From an uncultured Solirubrobacterales bacterium (lineage in GTDB: Bacteria; Actinomycetota; Thermoleophilia; Solirubrobacterales; 70-9), in assembly GCA_963822295.1 (NCBI GenBank), contig CAWGHD010000001.1, forward strand, positions 4,577 to 68,576: a stretch of DNA of 64,000 bases. The letters are read 5' to 3'. Position numbers and translations under genes: made by a program. Positions 28,718-40,523 of this stretch are shown here, in pieces; the stretch's first letter is position 1; every line of letters begins with the position of its first letter. The notes below the pieces were generated by a model that was given only the letters and a program-made list of their open reading frames with translations, ran no database searches and was not told the origin of the DNA.

Positions 28718-30037
28718 GTGGCCAGTTCGGAGAAGGTCTGCATCATCGGCGCCGGGTCCTCGGGGATCACCGCCTGCCAGGTCCTGAAGGCGCGCGGGGT
28801 CCCGTACGACTGCTTCGAGAAGGGGTCGATGGTCGGCGGCAACTGGCGCTATGAAAACGACAACGGGCAGTCGTCGGCCTACCGCTCGCTGCACATCAAC
28901 AGCGCCCGCAAGCTGATGTCCTACCGCGCCTTCCCGATGCCGGAGGACTATCCGGACTATCCGAGCCATTGGCAGGTGGCCAAGTACTTCGACGACTACG
29001 TCGAGCGCTTCGGGCTGCGCGAGGGGATCACCTTCAACGCCGAGGTGGTCTCCGCCGAGCCCGCCGACGGGGAGTGGGACGTCACGGTCGAGGACGCCGA
29101 GGGGCGCCGCACAGAGCGCTACCGGGCTGTGCTCGTCTGCAACGGCCACCACTGGAACCCGCGCTGGCCCGAACCGGCCTTCGCCGGCGCCGAGGACTTC
29201 GCCGGCGAGCAGATCCACGTCCATCATTACCGCGAGCCGGACGTCCTCGAGGGCAGGCGGGTGCTCGTCCTCGGGATCGGCAATTCCGCCGTCGATCTCG
29301 CCGTCGAGGCCTCGCGGATCGCCGACAAGACCTTCCTCGCGATGCGCCGCGGGGCCTACGTCATCCCCAAGTTCCTCGGCGGCAAGCCGGTCGACGAAGC
29401 ATCGCCCCCCATGACGACCTACCTGCCGATGTCGGTGCGGCGCCTCTTCATGGGCAGGCTGCTGAAGCTGACCGTGGGGGAGATGACCGACTACGGCCTG
29501 CCCAAGCCCGACCACAAGCTGCTCGAGGCGCACCCGACGGTCTCCTCGGAGCTGCTGCCGCGGGTCGGGCACGGCGACATCACGATCAAGCCCAACATCG
29601 AGGCCTTCACGGGCGGCAACACGGTGCGCTTCGCCGACGGCAGCGAGGAGGAGGCCGACCTCGTCGTCTACTGCACCGGCTACCGGATCAGCTTCCCCTT
29701 CCTCGACCCGTCGGTGTTCGAGTCCAGGGACAACCAGATGCCGCTATACCGGCGCGTCGTGGACGTCGATCACCCGGGCCTGCACTTCATCGGCTTCGTC
29801 CAGCCGCTGGGGCCGATCATGCCGATCGCCGAGGAACAGTCCGAATGGGTCGCCGACCTCCTGCGCGGCAGGGCGACGCTGCCCTCGAAGGACGAGATGC
29901 GCAAGGAGATCGCGGCGCACGAACGAGCGATGAAAAAGCGCTTCGTCGCCTCTAAGCGTCACACGATCGAGGTGGACTTCCACCCCTATCTGCGCGAGAT
30001 CCGGCGCGAGCGAAAGCGGGCCGCCCAGCCGGTCTGA
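28718..30037 (+). CDS. flavin-containing (FMO / Baeyer-Villiger type) monooxygenase (439 aa)
   Basis: GTG start. FAD site 'VCIIGAGSSGITA'. FMO motif 'FAGEQIHVHHY'. NADPH site 'VLVLGIGNSAVDLA'. 'DLVVYCTGYRISFPFL'. Confidence 0.8.
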   Translation: MASSEKVCIIGAGSSGITACQVLKARGVPYDCFEKGSMVGGNWRYENDNGQSSAYRSLHINSARKLMSYRAFPMPEDYPDYPSHWQVAKYFDDYVERFGLREGITFNAEVVSAEPADGEWDVTVEDAEGRRTERYRAVLVCNGHHWNPRWPEPAFAGAEDFAGEQIHVHHYREPDVLEGRRVLVLGIGNSAVDLAVEASRIADKTFLAMRRGAYVIPKFLGGKPVDEASPPMTTYLPMSVRRLFMGRLLKLTVGEMTDYGLPKPDHKLLEAHPTVSSELLPRVGHGDITIKPNIEAFTGGNTVRFADGSEEEADLVVYCTGYRISFPFLDPSVFESRDNQMPLYRRVVDVDHPGLHFIGFVQPLGPIMPIAEEQSEWVADLLRGRATLPSKDEMRKEIAAHERAMKKRFVASKRHTIEVDFHPYLREIRRERKRAAQPV

Positions 30038-30263
30038 CGGGGGCTCGGGTCCTCGGTCTCGCAGCGCCACCGAGCGGTGAGCTGTGCGGGCCTCGCGGCC
30101 TGGGCCTGCCCGGGCTCCAGCGTTTGGGGCTGCCGCCGCCGTCCTCGCTCGGCTCATAGGCGGTGGACGCCGGGCGGCTCGCCCACCAGATCAGCCAGAG
30201 GGCGAAGAGCACCGGTGCCTTGAGCACGACCAGCAGGAAGAAGATCGGCCAGAAGCCCTCCAC
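29952..30263 (-). CDS. possible small membrane protein (GTG 30263; the 3' part overlaps the FMO gene end and may be spurious)
   Basis: 'VEGFWPIFFLLVVLKAPVLFALWLIWWASRP' is a clean hydrophobic helix 35 nt downstream of the HAD-like gene. The remaining Pro/Arg/Gly-rich part looks like off-frame sequence. Confidence 0.25.
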   Translation of the reverse strand: MEGFWPIFFLLVVLKAPVLFALWLIWWASRPASTAYEPSEDGGGSPKRWSPGRPRPRGPHSSPLGGAARPRTRAPVRPAGRPAFARAGSRADRGGSPPRSCDA

Positions 30264-30298
30264 GCGGTTCAGTCTAGACAGGCCGGACGCGGCAGCGC

Positions 30299-30790
30299 TC
30301 AGGCGCTCTCGCCGGCCAGGCTCCTGGCCCAGGCGAGCAGGGCTTCGGTGTGGGCCTCCTCGAGGCCCAGCGCCGCCTCGGTCGGGACCAGCAGCGTCGG
30401 CTCGGGCCGGCCCTGCGCCCACTCGTAACAGCTCTGGTCGAAGCTGTCGTCGATCCAGGCCAGCGGCCGGCCCTTGCCGTAGTCGTCGAGCGGCCCCAGC
30501 TTCCAGTGGGCCGAGCCGAAGCGGGCGGCGCCGTCGAAGCTCAGGAAGGGCAGCTCGGGCAGGCCGAGGATGTTCGGCAGGTAGTCGTTGGCTTTCTCCT
30601 CCCAGCCGGTCGCCCAGACCAGGTCGAAGTGCTCGGTCAGCCGCATCAGCCGCTCACCCGCCCCGAGGGAGATGCAGTGGACCATTCCGTCGACGAGCTG
30701 GAACTGGGCCATCGAGCTGGGTGGCGGCTCGTCGAAGCCGAAGAGGCTGATCACCCCGTCGACGTCGACGGCGAGCAGCGGGCGGCTCAT
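30299..30790 (-). CDS. HAD-superfamily hydrolase-like protein (163 aa from ATG 30790)
   Basis: 'MSRPLLAVDVDGVISLFGF' (HAD motif I, DxDG) and 'RPLAWIDDSFD' (acidic motif IV). Internal Met of ORF 30299..30982; starts 17 nt after the rpsG stop. Confidence 0.6.
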   Translation of the reverse strand: MSRPLLAVDVDGVISLFGFDEPPPSSMAQFQLVDGMVHCISLGAGERLMRLTEHFDLVWATGWEEKANDYLPNILGLPELPFLSFDGAARFGSAHWKLGPLDDYGKGRPLAWIDDSFDQSCYEWAQGRPEPTLLVPTEAALGLEEAHTEALLAWARSLAGESA

Positions 30791-30806
30791 CGGGGGAGGA
30801 GCCCGC

Positions 30807-31277
30807 CTACCAGCGGTAGTGCGCGAAGGCCTTGTTGGCCTGGGCCATGCGGTAGATGTCGTCCTTCCGCTTCCAGGCGCTGCCCTGCTGCTGGGCCGCG
30901 TCGAGGATCTCCCCGGCGAGGCGGTCCGCCATCGAGTACTCGCGGCGGTTGCGGGCGTAGTCGACCAGCCAGCGGACGGCAAGCGTGCGGGCGCGGCGGG
31001 CGGGAACCTCGACCGGCACCTGGTAGGTGGCGCCGCCGACGCGGCGGGAGCGGACCTCGAGCACCGGTGTCAGCTGTTTGATCGCCGCCTCCAGCGCCTC
31101 GACGGGATCCTCGCCGGACTTCTCGCCGACGATCGCGAGGCTGTCGTAGACGAGCCGCTCGGCGAGCGACTTCTTGCCGTCGCGCATGACCTTGTTGATC
31201 ACCTGCTGGACCAACCGGTTGCGATGGCGGGCGTCGGGCTCGAGCGGCCTGATCTGAGCTGCGGAACGACGGGGCAT
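30807..31277 (-). CDS. rpsG: 30S ribosomal protein S7
   Basis: '[70 protein letters not shown]'. TGATG overlap with rpsL. Confidence 0.95.
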   Translation of the reverse strand: MPRRSAAQIRPLEPDARHRNRLVQQVINKVMRDGKKSLAERLVYDSLAIVGEKSGEDPVEALEAAIKQLTPVLEVRSRRVGGATYQVPVEVPARRARTLAVRWLVDYARNRREYSMADRLAGEILDAAQQQGSAWKRKDDIYRMAQANKAFAHYRW

Positions 31278-31672
31278 CAGGAAGCTTTGACGCCGTAGCG
31301 GGAGCGGGCCTGCTTGCGGTCGGAGACGCCGGCCGCGTCGAGGGTGCCGCGGACGATCTTGTAGCGGACGCCCGGCAGGTCCTTGACGCGACCACCCCTG
31401 ACCAGGACCACGGAGTGCTCCTGCAGGTTGTGGCCCTCGCCCGGGATGTAGGTGGTGACCTCCATCCCGTTGGTCAGCCTCACACGCGCGATCTTGCGCA
31501 GCGCGGAGTTCGGCTTCTTCGGCGTTACGGTCGCGACGCGGGTGCAGACGCCCCGCCTCTGGGGCGCGGCGACGGCCTTCTTGCGCCCTTGCCCCGACTT
31601 GAGGCCCGGCGTCGTCGTCTTCTTCTTAGGCCGCTTGCGGCCCTTGCGTACAAGTTGGTTCGTGTTCGGCAC
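31277..31672 (-). CDS. rpsL: 30S ribosomal protein S12 (131 aa from GTG 31672; ~9-aa N-terminal insertion compared with typical S12)
   Basis: '[89 protein letters not shown]' forms the C-terminal part of ORF 31277..32470. Upstream of the GTG the frame turns into Arg/Pro junk. Confidence 0.9.
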   Translation of the reverse strand: MPNTNQLVRKGRKRPKKKTTTPGLKSGQGRKKAVAAPQRRGVCTRVATVTPKKPNSALRKIARVRLTNGMEVTTYIPGEGHNLQEHSVVLVRGGRVKDLPGVRYKIVRGTLDAAGVSDRKQARSRYGVKAS

Positions 31673-32604
31673 GGCCGCGCATGGTAGCGGGCCGTCGCTT
31701 TTGGGGCGAGGACGAGGAGCGCTCCGCCCAGCATCAGCCCGGCGGCCGCGGCGAGCTGGGCGTAGAAGCCGTCTTCGAGGACGGCGGTCGCGCCGGAGAA
31801 GATCGCGGCCTGCTCGCCGACGTCGAGCCCCTGCGGCCGGTCGACCAGGAGCACGACCGCGATTGCGATCAGGCCGAGCAGGAAGACCACCCGGCCGAGG
31901 CGCGGCCGGCGGCGCCGGCCGGCGACGAAGCCGAGGGCCCCCGCCGCCAGGGCGACCGGGACGAGCAGATAGGAGTGGGCGTCGACCGGGGTCTCCTCCC
32001 CGACCGTCGGCGCCTTCGCCACTTCCGGCAGGCCCTCGTAGCCGGGCTGGCCGACCTCGACCCCGCGGTAGTCGACGAACTGGGAGACCAGCAGGCAGGC
32101 CGCTGCGGCGACGATCACAGCGCAGATCGCCCGCTCGGGGGTGGCGACGGCGCTGGCGCGGGTCGACGCGCGCACGGCCCAGGCCGCGCTCGCCCGGGCC
32201 CGCCGCTCGGCGACGCCGAGCAGGCGGAGCACGAGAACGCCCAGCGGCCGCAGCCGGCGGCCGGTCCAGCGCAGCGCCCCCATGACGCCGGCGTGCACGG
32301 GCCCGGCCCAGCGCTTCAGCCGCTTCGACCAGCGCCGGCCGGCGAGCCGGGCATCGCGGGAGAACTGGAGGATCAGGGGCTCGGCACGGACGAGGACCCG
32401 GTCCACCCGGCGGTCCACCCTGCGGGTCCACCTGACCATCAGCTGCGGCAGCGTCGCCCTGCGCCGCCAAATGGGCGCTGCTATCATCGCGCGTCGCTGG
32501 GTCCGCTTCTTCTTCGCGGGCTTCCGCGGGCCCGAGAGGGCCTTTTTCTTGCGCCGATCCCGGCTCTTGCCGGACGGCTCTCGTTTAGCTCGTCCCCGCT
32601 TCAC
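31525..32604 (-). CDS. hypothetical polytopic membrane protein with a basic N-terminus (start and stop uncertain; the ORF tail overlaps the rpsL 5' end)
   Basis: Hydrophobic helices '[18 protein letters not shown]', '[19 protein letters not shown]', '[16 protein letters not shown]' and '[18 protein letters not shown]', unlike the Arg/Pro-rich alternative frames. Candidate starts are ATG 32604 and Met40 at 32487. Confidence 0.5.
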   Translation of the reverse strand: MKRGRAKREPSGKSRDRRKKKALSGPRKPAKKKRTQRRAMIAAPIWRRRATLPQLMVRWTRRVDRRVDRVLVRAEPLILQFSRDARLAGRRWSKRLKRWAGPVHAGVMGALRWTGRRLRPLGVLVLRLLGVAERRARASAAWAVRASTRASAVATPERAICAVIVAAAACLLVSQFVDYRGVEVGQPGYEGLPEVAKAPTVGEETPVDAHSYLLVPVALAAGALGFVAGRRRRPRLGRVVFLLGLIAIAVVLLVDRPQGLDVGEQAAIFSGATAVLEDGFYAQLAAAAGLMLGGALLVLAPKATARYHARPCRTRTNLYARAASGLRRRRRRRASSRGKGARRPSPRPRGGASAPASRP

Positions 32605-32627
32605 GCCAACACGTTTACCTTAAGACC

Positions 32628-34739
32628 ATGCCACGAAGCTTCCCCCTAGAGAAAACTCGCAACATCGGAATCATGGCGCACATCGACGCCGGTAAGACGA
32701 CGACGACCGAGCGCATCCTCTATTACACCGGCCGCACGCACAAAATCGGCGAGGTGCACGAGGGCGCTGCCGTCATGGATTGGATGGAACAGGAGCAGGA
32801 GCGCGGGATCACGATCACCTCCGCCGCCACCGCCTGCGAGTGGAACGGGCACCGGATCAACATCATCGACACGCCCGGCCACGTCGACTTCACGGTCGAG
32901 GTGGAGCGCAGCCTGCGGGTGCTCGACGGCGCGATCGCCGTCTTCGACGCCGTCGCCGGAGTCGAGCCCCAGTCGGAGACCGTCTGGCGCCAGGCCGACA
33001 AGTACAAGGTGCCGCGCTTCGCCTACATCAACAAGATGGACAGGACCGGCGCCGACTTCTTCAACGCCGTGCAGACGATGACGGACCGGCTCGGCGCCAA
33101 CCCGCTGCCGATCCAGCTGCCGATCGGCAGCGAGGGCGACTTCATCGGCATCGTCGACCTGATCGAGATGAAGGCGCTGGTCTGGCAGGACGAGCTCGGC
33201 ACCGAGTTCGAGACGACCGAGATCCCCGACGACCTCAAGGAGCAGGCCGAGGAATACCGGACCCAGCTGATCGAGGCCTGCGCCGACTACGACGACGAGC
33301 TGATGGAAAAGTACCTCGGCGAGGAGGAGATCCCGCATGAGCGGATCGCCAAATCGCTGCACCGCGCCTGCCTCGACACCAAGGTCACGCCGGTACTCTG
33401 CGGCTCCTCGTTCAAGAACAAGGGCGTGCAGCCGCTGCTCGACGCGGTCGTCGAGCTGCTGCCCTCGCCGCTCGAGGTGCCGCCGGTCACCGGCATCGTC
33501 CCGGCCGCCAAGGGCGAGGAGGAGCCGACCGAGGCCGCGCGCCCGGCCGACGACAGCGGGCCCTTCGCCGCGCTCGCCTTCAAGATCATGACCGACCCCT
33601 ACGTCGGCAAACTCACCTACTTCCGCGTCTACTCGGGCAAGCTCGAAGCCGGTGGCCGCGTCCTCAACGTGAAAACCGGCAGGACCGAGCGGATCGGGCG
33701 GCTGCTGATGATGCACGCCAACAGCCGCGAGGAGATCGAGGAGGTCTACTCGGGCGACATCTGCGCCGGCGTCGGCCTCAAGGAAACCGGGACTGGCGAC
33801 ACGCTGGCCGCCCCCGACGCACCGGTCGCCCTGGAGAGCATCGAATTCCCCGAGACGGTGATCGCGGTCGCGATCGAGCCGAAAACCAAAGCCGACCAGG
33901 AGAAGATGGGCACCGCCCTGCAGCGGCTCGGCGAGGAGGACCCGACCTTCAGGATCGAATCCGACGAGGAAACCGGGCAGACGCTGATCCACGGCATGGG
34001 CGAGCTCCACCTCGAGGTGATCGTCGACCGCATGCTGCGCGAGTTCAAAGTCGACGCCAACGTCGGCAAGCCTCAGGTCGCCTATCGCGAGACGGTCCGC
34101 AAGGACGTCAAGAAGGTCGAGGGGCGCTTCGTCCGCCAGACCGGCGGACGCGGCCAGTTCGGCCATGTGGTGATCAACCTCGAACCCGCTCCCGGCGAGG
34201 GCTTCGAGTTCATCAACAAGATCAAGGGCGGCACCATCCCCGGCGAATACATCGGCCCGGCCGAGCAGGGGATGAAAGAGGCGCTCGAGAACGGCGTCAA
34301 GGCGGGCTACCCGATGGTGGACGTCAAGGTCGAACTGATCGACGGCTCCTTCCACGACGTGGACTCCTCGGAGATGGCCTTCAAAATCGCCGGCTCGATG
34401 GCGATCCAGGAGGCCGCCCGCAAGGCGGACCCGGTCCTGCTCGAGCCCGTGATGTCGGTCGAGGTGGTCACGCCCGAGGACTTCCTCGGCGACGTGATCG
34501 GCGACCTCAGCCGCCGCCGCGGCAAGGTTCAGGGCCAGGAGCAGCGCGGCAACGCGCTCGCCGTCCAGGCCTTCGTCCCGCTCGGCGAGATGTTCGGCTA
34601 CGCCACGGATCTTCGCTCCTCGACTCAGGGGCGCGCCACCTACACGATGCAGTTCGAGCGCTATGAGGAGGTCCCGGCGAACATCGCCGAGGACATCATC
34701 GAGCACCGCGCGGGGGAGCCGGCGGGAGCCACCGCCTGA
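32628..34739 (+). CDS. fusA: elongation factor G (703 aa, intact)
   Basis: '[24 protein letters not shown]', '[24 protein letters not shown]' and '[11 protein letters not shown]' are the GTPase motifs; the full-length EF-G layout is present. Confidence 0.97.
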   Translation: MPRSFPLEKTRNIGIMAHIDAGKTTTTERILYYTGRTHKIGEVHEGAAVMDWMEQEQERGITITSAATACEWNGHRINIIDTPGHVDFTVEVERSLRVLDGAIAVFDAVAGVEPQSETVWRQADKYKVPRFAYINKMDRTGADFFNAVQTMTDRLGANPLPIQLPIGSEGDFIGIVDLIEMKALVWQDELGTEFETTEIPDDLKEQAEEYRTQLIEACADYDDELMEKYLGEEEIPHERIAKSLHRACLDTKVTPVLCGSSFKNKGVQPLLDAVVELLPSPLEVPPVTGIVPAAKGEEEPTEAARPADDSGPFAALAFKIMTDPYVGKLTYFRVYSGKLEAGGRVLNVKTGRTERIGRLLMMHANSREEIEEVYSGDICAGVGLKETGTGDTLAAPDAPVALESIEFPETVIAVAIEPKTKADQEKMGTALQRLGEEDPTFRIESDEETGQTLIHGMGELHLEVIVDRMLREFKVDANVGKPQVAYRETVRKDVKKVEGRFVRQTGGRGQFGHVVINLEPAPGEGFEFINKIKGGTIPGEYIGPAEQGMKEALENGVKAGYPMVDVKVELIDGSFHDVDSSEMAFKIAGSMAIQEAARKADPVLLEPVMSVEVVTPEDFLGDVIGDLSRRRGKVQGQEQRGNALAVQAFVPLGEMFGYATDLRSSTQGRATYTMQFERYEEVPANIAEDIIEHRAGEPAGATA

Positions 34740-34865
34740 TTCTGGCTATATTTCCCAGGTTCGCCCGCAGGCAGGGCGCAAAATGCTCTGCCCCCATTTG
34801 GACCCACAAGACTTAAGCAACGACAGCAGACAGAAAACGACTTTCGAAAGGTAGAACGGAGAGCG

Positions 34866-36050
<1,185 letters not shown>

Positions 36051-36060
36051 ACGCCTAACA

Positions 36061-36085
36061 GGGCGGGCCGCCGGTCCGCCCTTTT
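36061..36085 (+). terminator. intrinsic terminator after tuf
   Basis: GGGCGG..CCGCCC stem (36061-36066 / 36076-36081) followed by TTTT; it starts 10 nt after the stop. Confidence 0.55.
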
Positions 36086-36219
36086 GCTGCTCCAACCGGA
36101 GCGGCACGACAACTGCAAATACATACGACCGGGGGCGGCGCCCCAAGAATCACGGGGCCCGCCCTTTATGCGCGACAACAGCGCGCGAAATAACGACGCA
36201 AGAGAGACAGATTTCAGAA

Positions 36220-36540
36220 GTGGCAACCATCGCGGCACAGAAAATTCGAATCAGGCTCAAGGCGTACGACCACGACGCCATAGATCGTGCTGCCCGCGAG
36301 ATCGTCGAGACCGCCGAGCGCACCGGCGCCAGCGTCTCAGGGCCGGTGCCGCTGCCGACCGAGAAAAACGTCTACTGCGTGATCAAGTCGCCGTTCAAGG
36401 ACAAGGACTCGCGCGAGCACTTCGAGATCCGCACCCACAAGCGGCTGATCGACATCCTCCAGCCCTCGCCGAAAACCGTCGACTCGCTGCAGCGACTGGA
36501 CTCGCTGCCCGCCGGCGTCGACATCGAGATCCGGCTCTAA
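36220..36540 (+). CDS. rpsJ: 30S ribosomal protein S10 (GTG start)
   Basis: '[79 protein letters not shown]'. This is the C-terminal part of ORF 36004..36540. Confidence 0.92.
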   Translation: MATIAAQKIRIRLKAYDHDAIDRAAREIVETAERTGASVSGPVPLPTEKNVYCVIKSPFKDKDSREHFEIRTHKRLIDILQPSPKTVDSLQRLDSLPAGVDIEIRL

Positions 36541-36545
36541 GTGTC

Positions 36546-37175
36546 ATGGCCGCGATCCTCGGCAAGAAGCTCGGCATGACGCAGGTCTTCCGCGAGGACG
36601 GCGAGGTCGTGCCGGTCACCGTTATCGAGGCCGGCCCCTGCAAGGTGACCGCGGTCCGCGAGCAGGAGCGCGACGGCTACGCCGCCGTGCAGCTCGCCTT
36701 CGGCGAGGCCAAGCCGGGCAAGCTGACGAAGGCCGAGGAGGGTCACACCGCCAAGGCCGGCGCCGCCCCGATGCGCCACCTGGTCGAGTTCCGCGATGAG
36801 GACCTCGGCGCCGAGGAGGGCCCCAAGATCGGTGACGACGTCACCGTCGAGTCATTCGAGGCCGGCCAGAAGGTCAAGGTCTCCGGGGTCTCGATCGGCA
36901 AGGGCTTCCAGGGCGGGATCAAGCGTCACAACTTCAGCCGCGGCCCGGTCAGCCACGGCTCGCACAACGTGCGGGCCCCGGGCTCGATCGGCGCCAGCGC
37001 CTTCCCTGCCCGCGTCTTCAAAGGAATGAAGATGCCGGGCCAGATGGGCAACAAGCGCAAAACTCAGAAGGGCCTCGAAGTCGCCGACGTCGACGCCGAG
37101 CGCAACCTGCTGCTGATCAAGGGCTCGGTCCCTGGCTCCAAGAACGCCCTGGTGGAGGTGAGGACCGATGGCTAG
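36546..37175 (+). CDS. rplC: 50S ribosomal protein L3
   Basis: 'MAAILGKKLGMTQVFREDGEVVPVTVIEAGPC..VSGVSIGKGFQGGIKRHNFSRGPVSHGSHNVRAPGSIGA'. Confidence 0.95.
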   Translation: MAAILGKKLGMTQVFREDGEVVPVTVIEAGPCKVTAVREQERDGYAAVQLAFGEAKPGKLTKAEEGHTAKAGAAPMRHLVEFRDEDLGAEEGPKIGDDVTVESFEAGQKVKVSGVSIGKGFQGGIKRHNFSRGPVSHGSHNVRAPGSIGASAFPARVFKGMKMPGQMGNKRKTQKGLEVADVDAERNLLLIKGSVPGSKNALVEVRTDG

Positions 37176-37791
37176 CGCCAAAGCCGCGGTGCTCGGCAAG
37201 ACGACGAAGGCGGACCTGCCCAAAGAGCTGTTCGCCGAGCCGTTCCACCAGTCGCTGGTCCATGAGACCGCCAGGGCCGACCTGGCGGCGCGGCGCAGCG
37301 GCAACGCCTCGACCCTGACCCGCGGCGAGGTCGCCTTCACCACCGCCAAGGCCTGGCGCCAGAAGGGGACCGGCCGCGCTCGCGCCGGCACCCTCGGCGT
37401 GCCCAACCGCTACGGCGGCGGCGTCGCTTTCGGCCCGAAGCCCCGTCACTACACGGTCAAGGTCAACCGCAAAGCGCGCCGCAAGGCGATGCGCGCGGCG
37501 CTCTCGGTGCACGCCGAGCGCGACTCGGTCGCGGTCCTCGACGCCAAGGCGTTCGACACCCCTTCGACCAAATCCGCCGCCGAGGCGCTGGCGAAATGGG
37601 GCGCGAAGCAGCCCTCGCTCCTCGTCCTCGACGCGGAGGAGACCGGCGCCCTGAAGAGCTTCCGCAACATCCCCCGGGTCCAGGTCGCCGAGGTCGGTGC
37701 GATCGGCGTCGCCGACGTGATCGGCGCCGCCTCGATCATCCTCTCCGAGTCCGCGCTGGAAAAGCTGAACGAGCGACTGGGCGGCAGCTGA
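37168..37791 (+). CDS. rplD: 50S ribosomal protein L4
   Basis: 'RRSGNASTLTRGEVAFTTAKAWRQKGTGRARAGTLGVPNRYGGGVAFGPKPRHY'. Confidence 0.95.
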   Translation: MASAKAAVLGKTTKADLPKELFAEPFHQSLVHETARADLAARRSGNASTLTRGEVAFTTAKAWRQKGTGRARAGTLGVPNRYGGGVAFGPKPRHYTVKVNRKARRKAMRAALSVHAERDSVAVLDAKAFDTPSTKSAAEALAKWGAKQPSLLVLDAEETGALKSFRNIPRVQVAEVGAIGVADVIGAASIILSESALEKLNERLGGS

Positions 37792-38084
37792 TGGACCCGC
37801 GCACCGTGATCATCCGCCCCGTCGTCTCCGAGAAGAGCTATGCCCTGATAGCAGAGGGCAAGTACACCTTCAGGGTCAACGACCGTGCCCACAAGACCCA
37901 GATCGCGCACTCCGTCGAACAGATCTTCGGCGTCGGCGTCGCCAAGGTGCGGGTCTCGCGGGTCAACCCGAAGCCGAAGAAACGCGGCCTCTCCCAGGGC
38001 CGGACCCGAGGCTGGAAGAAGGCGATCGTCCAGCTCGCCCCCGGTGAGCGGATCGAGCTGTTCGAGGGCGCGGAGACCGCGTAG
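37791..38084 (+). CDS. rplW: 50S ribosomal protein L23
   Basis: '[53 protein letters not shown]'. TGATG overlap with rplD. Confidence 0.93.
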   Translation: MDPRTVIIRPVVSEKSYALIAEGKYTFRVNDRAHKTQIAHSVEQIFGVGVAKVRVSRVNPKPKKRGLSQGRTRGWKKAIVQLAPGERIELFEGAETA

Positions 38085-38088
38085 AGCC

Positions 38089-38931
38089 ATGGCCAACCGC
38101 AAAACGAAACCGACAAGCCCCGGCCGCCGCTTCGCCACCTACCCGCTGCGCGAGCCGCTGACCGTCGACGAGCCCGAGCGCAAGCTGACCGAAGGCCTGC
38201 GCAAGTCGGGCGGCCGCAACGTCAACGGCCGCGTCACCGCGCGCCACCGCGGCGGCGGCGCCAAGCGCCGTTACCGGAAGATCGACTTCAAGCGCCTCAA
38301 GGACGGGGTGCCGGCGAAGGTCGCGACGATCGAGTACGACCCGAATCGCACCTGCTACATCGCGCTGCTCCACTACGCGGACGGCGAGAAGCGCTACATC
38401 CTCGCCCCCGCCGGGCTCTCGGTCGGCGACGAGGTGCAGTCGGGCCCCGGCGCAGACATCACGCCCGGCAGCGCCCTGGCGCTCAGGGACATGCCGACCG
38501 GCACGATCGTCCACAACGTCGAGATGATCCCCGGCCAGGGCGGCAAGCTCGGCCGCGCCGCCGGCACCGCGATCCAGCTGGCGGCCAAGGAGGGCGACAT
38601 GGTCACCCTGCGGCTGCCGTCGTCGGAGATGCGGCTGGTCCGCGCCGACTGCCGGGCGACGGTGGGCACGCTCTCCAACGCGGAGCACCAGAACATGAAG
38701 ATCGGCAAGGCGGGCCGCAGCCGCCACAAGGGCATCCGGCCGCAGACCCGCGGCGTCGCGATGAACCCGGTCGACCACCCGCACGGCGGCGGCGAGGCCC
38801 ATCACACCCCCGGCGGGCACCCGGTCACCCCGTGGGGCAAGCCGACGCTCGGCTACCGGACCCGCAAGAAGGGCAAGCAGTCCGACCGCTACATCGTGCG
38901 CGGCCGTCGCCGCGGAAAGAAGAAGAGGTAA
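38089..38931 (+). CDS. rplB: 50S ribosomal protein L2
   Basis: '[15 protein letters not shown]', '[22 protein letters not shown]' and '[17 protein letters not shown]'. Confidence 0.96.
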   Translation: MANRKTKPTSPGRRFATYPLREPLTVDEPERKLTEGLRKSGGRNVNGRVTARHRGGGAKRRYRKIDFKRLKDGVPAKVATIEYDPNRTCYIALLHYADGEKRYILAPAGLSVGDEVQSGPGADITPGSALALRDMPTGTIVHNVEMIPGQGGKLGRAAGTAIQLAAKEGDMVTLRLPSSEMRLVRADCRATVGTLSNAEHQNMKIGKAGRSRHKGIRPQTRGVAMNPVDHPHGGGEAHHTPGGHPVTPWGKPTLGYRTRKKGKQSDRYIVRGRRRGKKKR

Positions 38932-38934
38932 GCC

Positions 38935-39210
38935 GTGGGCAGGTCGACCAAAAAGGGCCCGTGGGTCGAAGAGGCGCTGATGAAGCGGGTCAACGCGATG
39001 AACGACTCCGGCCAGAAACAGATGCTGAAGACCTGGTCGCGGACCTCGACGATCTTCCCGGAGATGGTCGGCCACACGATCGCCGTCCACGACGGGCGCA
39101 AGCACGTCCCCGTCTTCATCTCCGAGTCGATGGTCGGCCACAAGCTGGGTGAGTTCGCCCCGACCCGAACCTTCCGTGCCCACTCCGGCACGGGGAAGTC
39201 CGCTGAGTAG
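38935..39210 (+). CDS. rpsS: 30S ribosomal protein S19
   Basis: '[66 protein letters not shown]'. Confidence 0.95.
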   Translation: MGRSTKKGPWVEEALMKRVNAMNDSGQKQMLKTWSRTSTIFPEMVGHTIAVHDGRKHVPVFISESMVGHKLGEFAPTRTFRAHSGTGKSAE

Positions 39211-39212
39211 AG

Positions 39213-39773
39213 ATGGCCGACGAGAAACAGAAAAAAGACGCGAAAAAAGCGGAGCCGAAAAAACCGGCTGCGAAAAAAGCCGCGAAAAAACCGGCTGCGA
39301 AAAAAGCGTCCGGCGAGAAAGCCGCGAAAAAAGCGCCCGCCAAAAAAACGCCTTCGAAAAAAGCTCCGGAGAAAAAAGCCGCTGCGAAAAAAGCCGAGCC
39401 GAAAAAAGCGGCACGGCCGAAAAAACCGGTGGCGATCGTCGTCCGCGCCAGCTCCCGCTACGTGCGGATCGCGCCCCGCAAGGCGCGCCTCATCGCCGAC
39501 CAGGTGCGCGGCCTTCACATCGACAAGGCGCGCGCGCTGCTCCAGTTCTCGCCCCGCGGCGCCGCCCACGACATCGGCAAGCTGATCGAGTCGGCGGCGG
39601 CCAACGCGGAAAACAACCACGATCTCGTCGCCGACGAGATGCGGATCGCCGAGATCACCGTCGACGAAGGGCCCACCCTGAAGCGGTTCCGGCCCCGAGC
39701 GCTCGGCCGGGCGACACCGATCCACAAGCGAACCAGCCACATCGCCGTGGCGTTGAGCCCGGAAGAGGACTAG
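39213..39773 (+). CDS. rplV: 50S ribosomal protein L22 with a ~75-aa Lys/Ala/Pro-rich N-terminal extension
   Basis: The core '[90 protein letters not shown]' is preceded by '[31 protein letters not shown]..'. Confidence 0.93.
   Translation: MADEKQKKDAKKAEPKKPAAKKAAKKPAAKKASGEKAAKKAPAKKTPSKKAPEKKAAAKKAEPKKAARPKKPVAIVVRASSRYVRIAPRKARLIADQVRGLHIDKARALLQFSPRGAAHDIGKLIESAAANAENNHDLVADEMRIAEITVDEGPTLKRFRPRALGRATPIHKRTSHIAVALSPEED
39225..39430 (+). repeat. 13 A6-A7 tracts / degenerate tandem GCG-AAA-AAA-SCN units inside the rplV 5' extension
   Basis: Counted directly. There are runs of 6 or more A at 39231, 39243, 39258, 39273, 39285, 39300, 39327, 39342, 39357, 39372, 39387, 39402 and 39420. The segment 'GAAAAAACCGGCTGCGAAAAAAGC' occurs twice. 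Confidence 0.85.
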
Positions 39774-39780
39774 AGAAGAC

Positions 39781-40521
<741 letters not shown>

Positions 40522-40523
40522 CC

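Noticed and set aside
28641-32627. The block between rpoC and fusA as a mobile element or genomic island.
   Set aside because: No integrase, transposase or recombinase is present, there is no flanking tRNA, and I could find no matching terminal direct or inverted repeats. The 48-nt palindrome has no counterpart near 32.6 kb. The block also contains essential rpsL and rpsG.
39225-39430. Regularly spaced short repeats in the rplV 5' region as a CRISPR-like or other non-coding array.
   Set aside because: The units are in frame with, and continuous with, the L22 core (KKPAA-type peptide repeats). The repeats are 12-15 nt and degenerate, and there are no spacers or cas genes.
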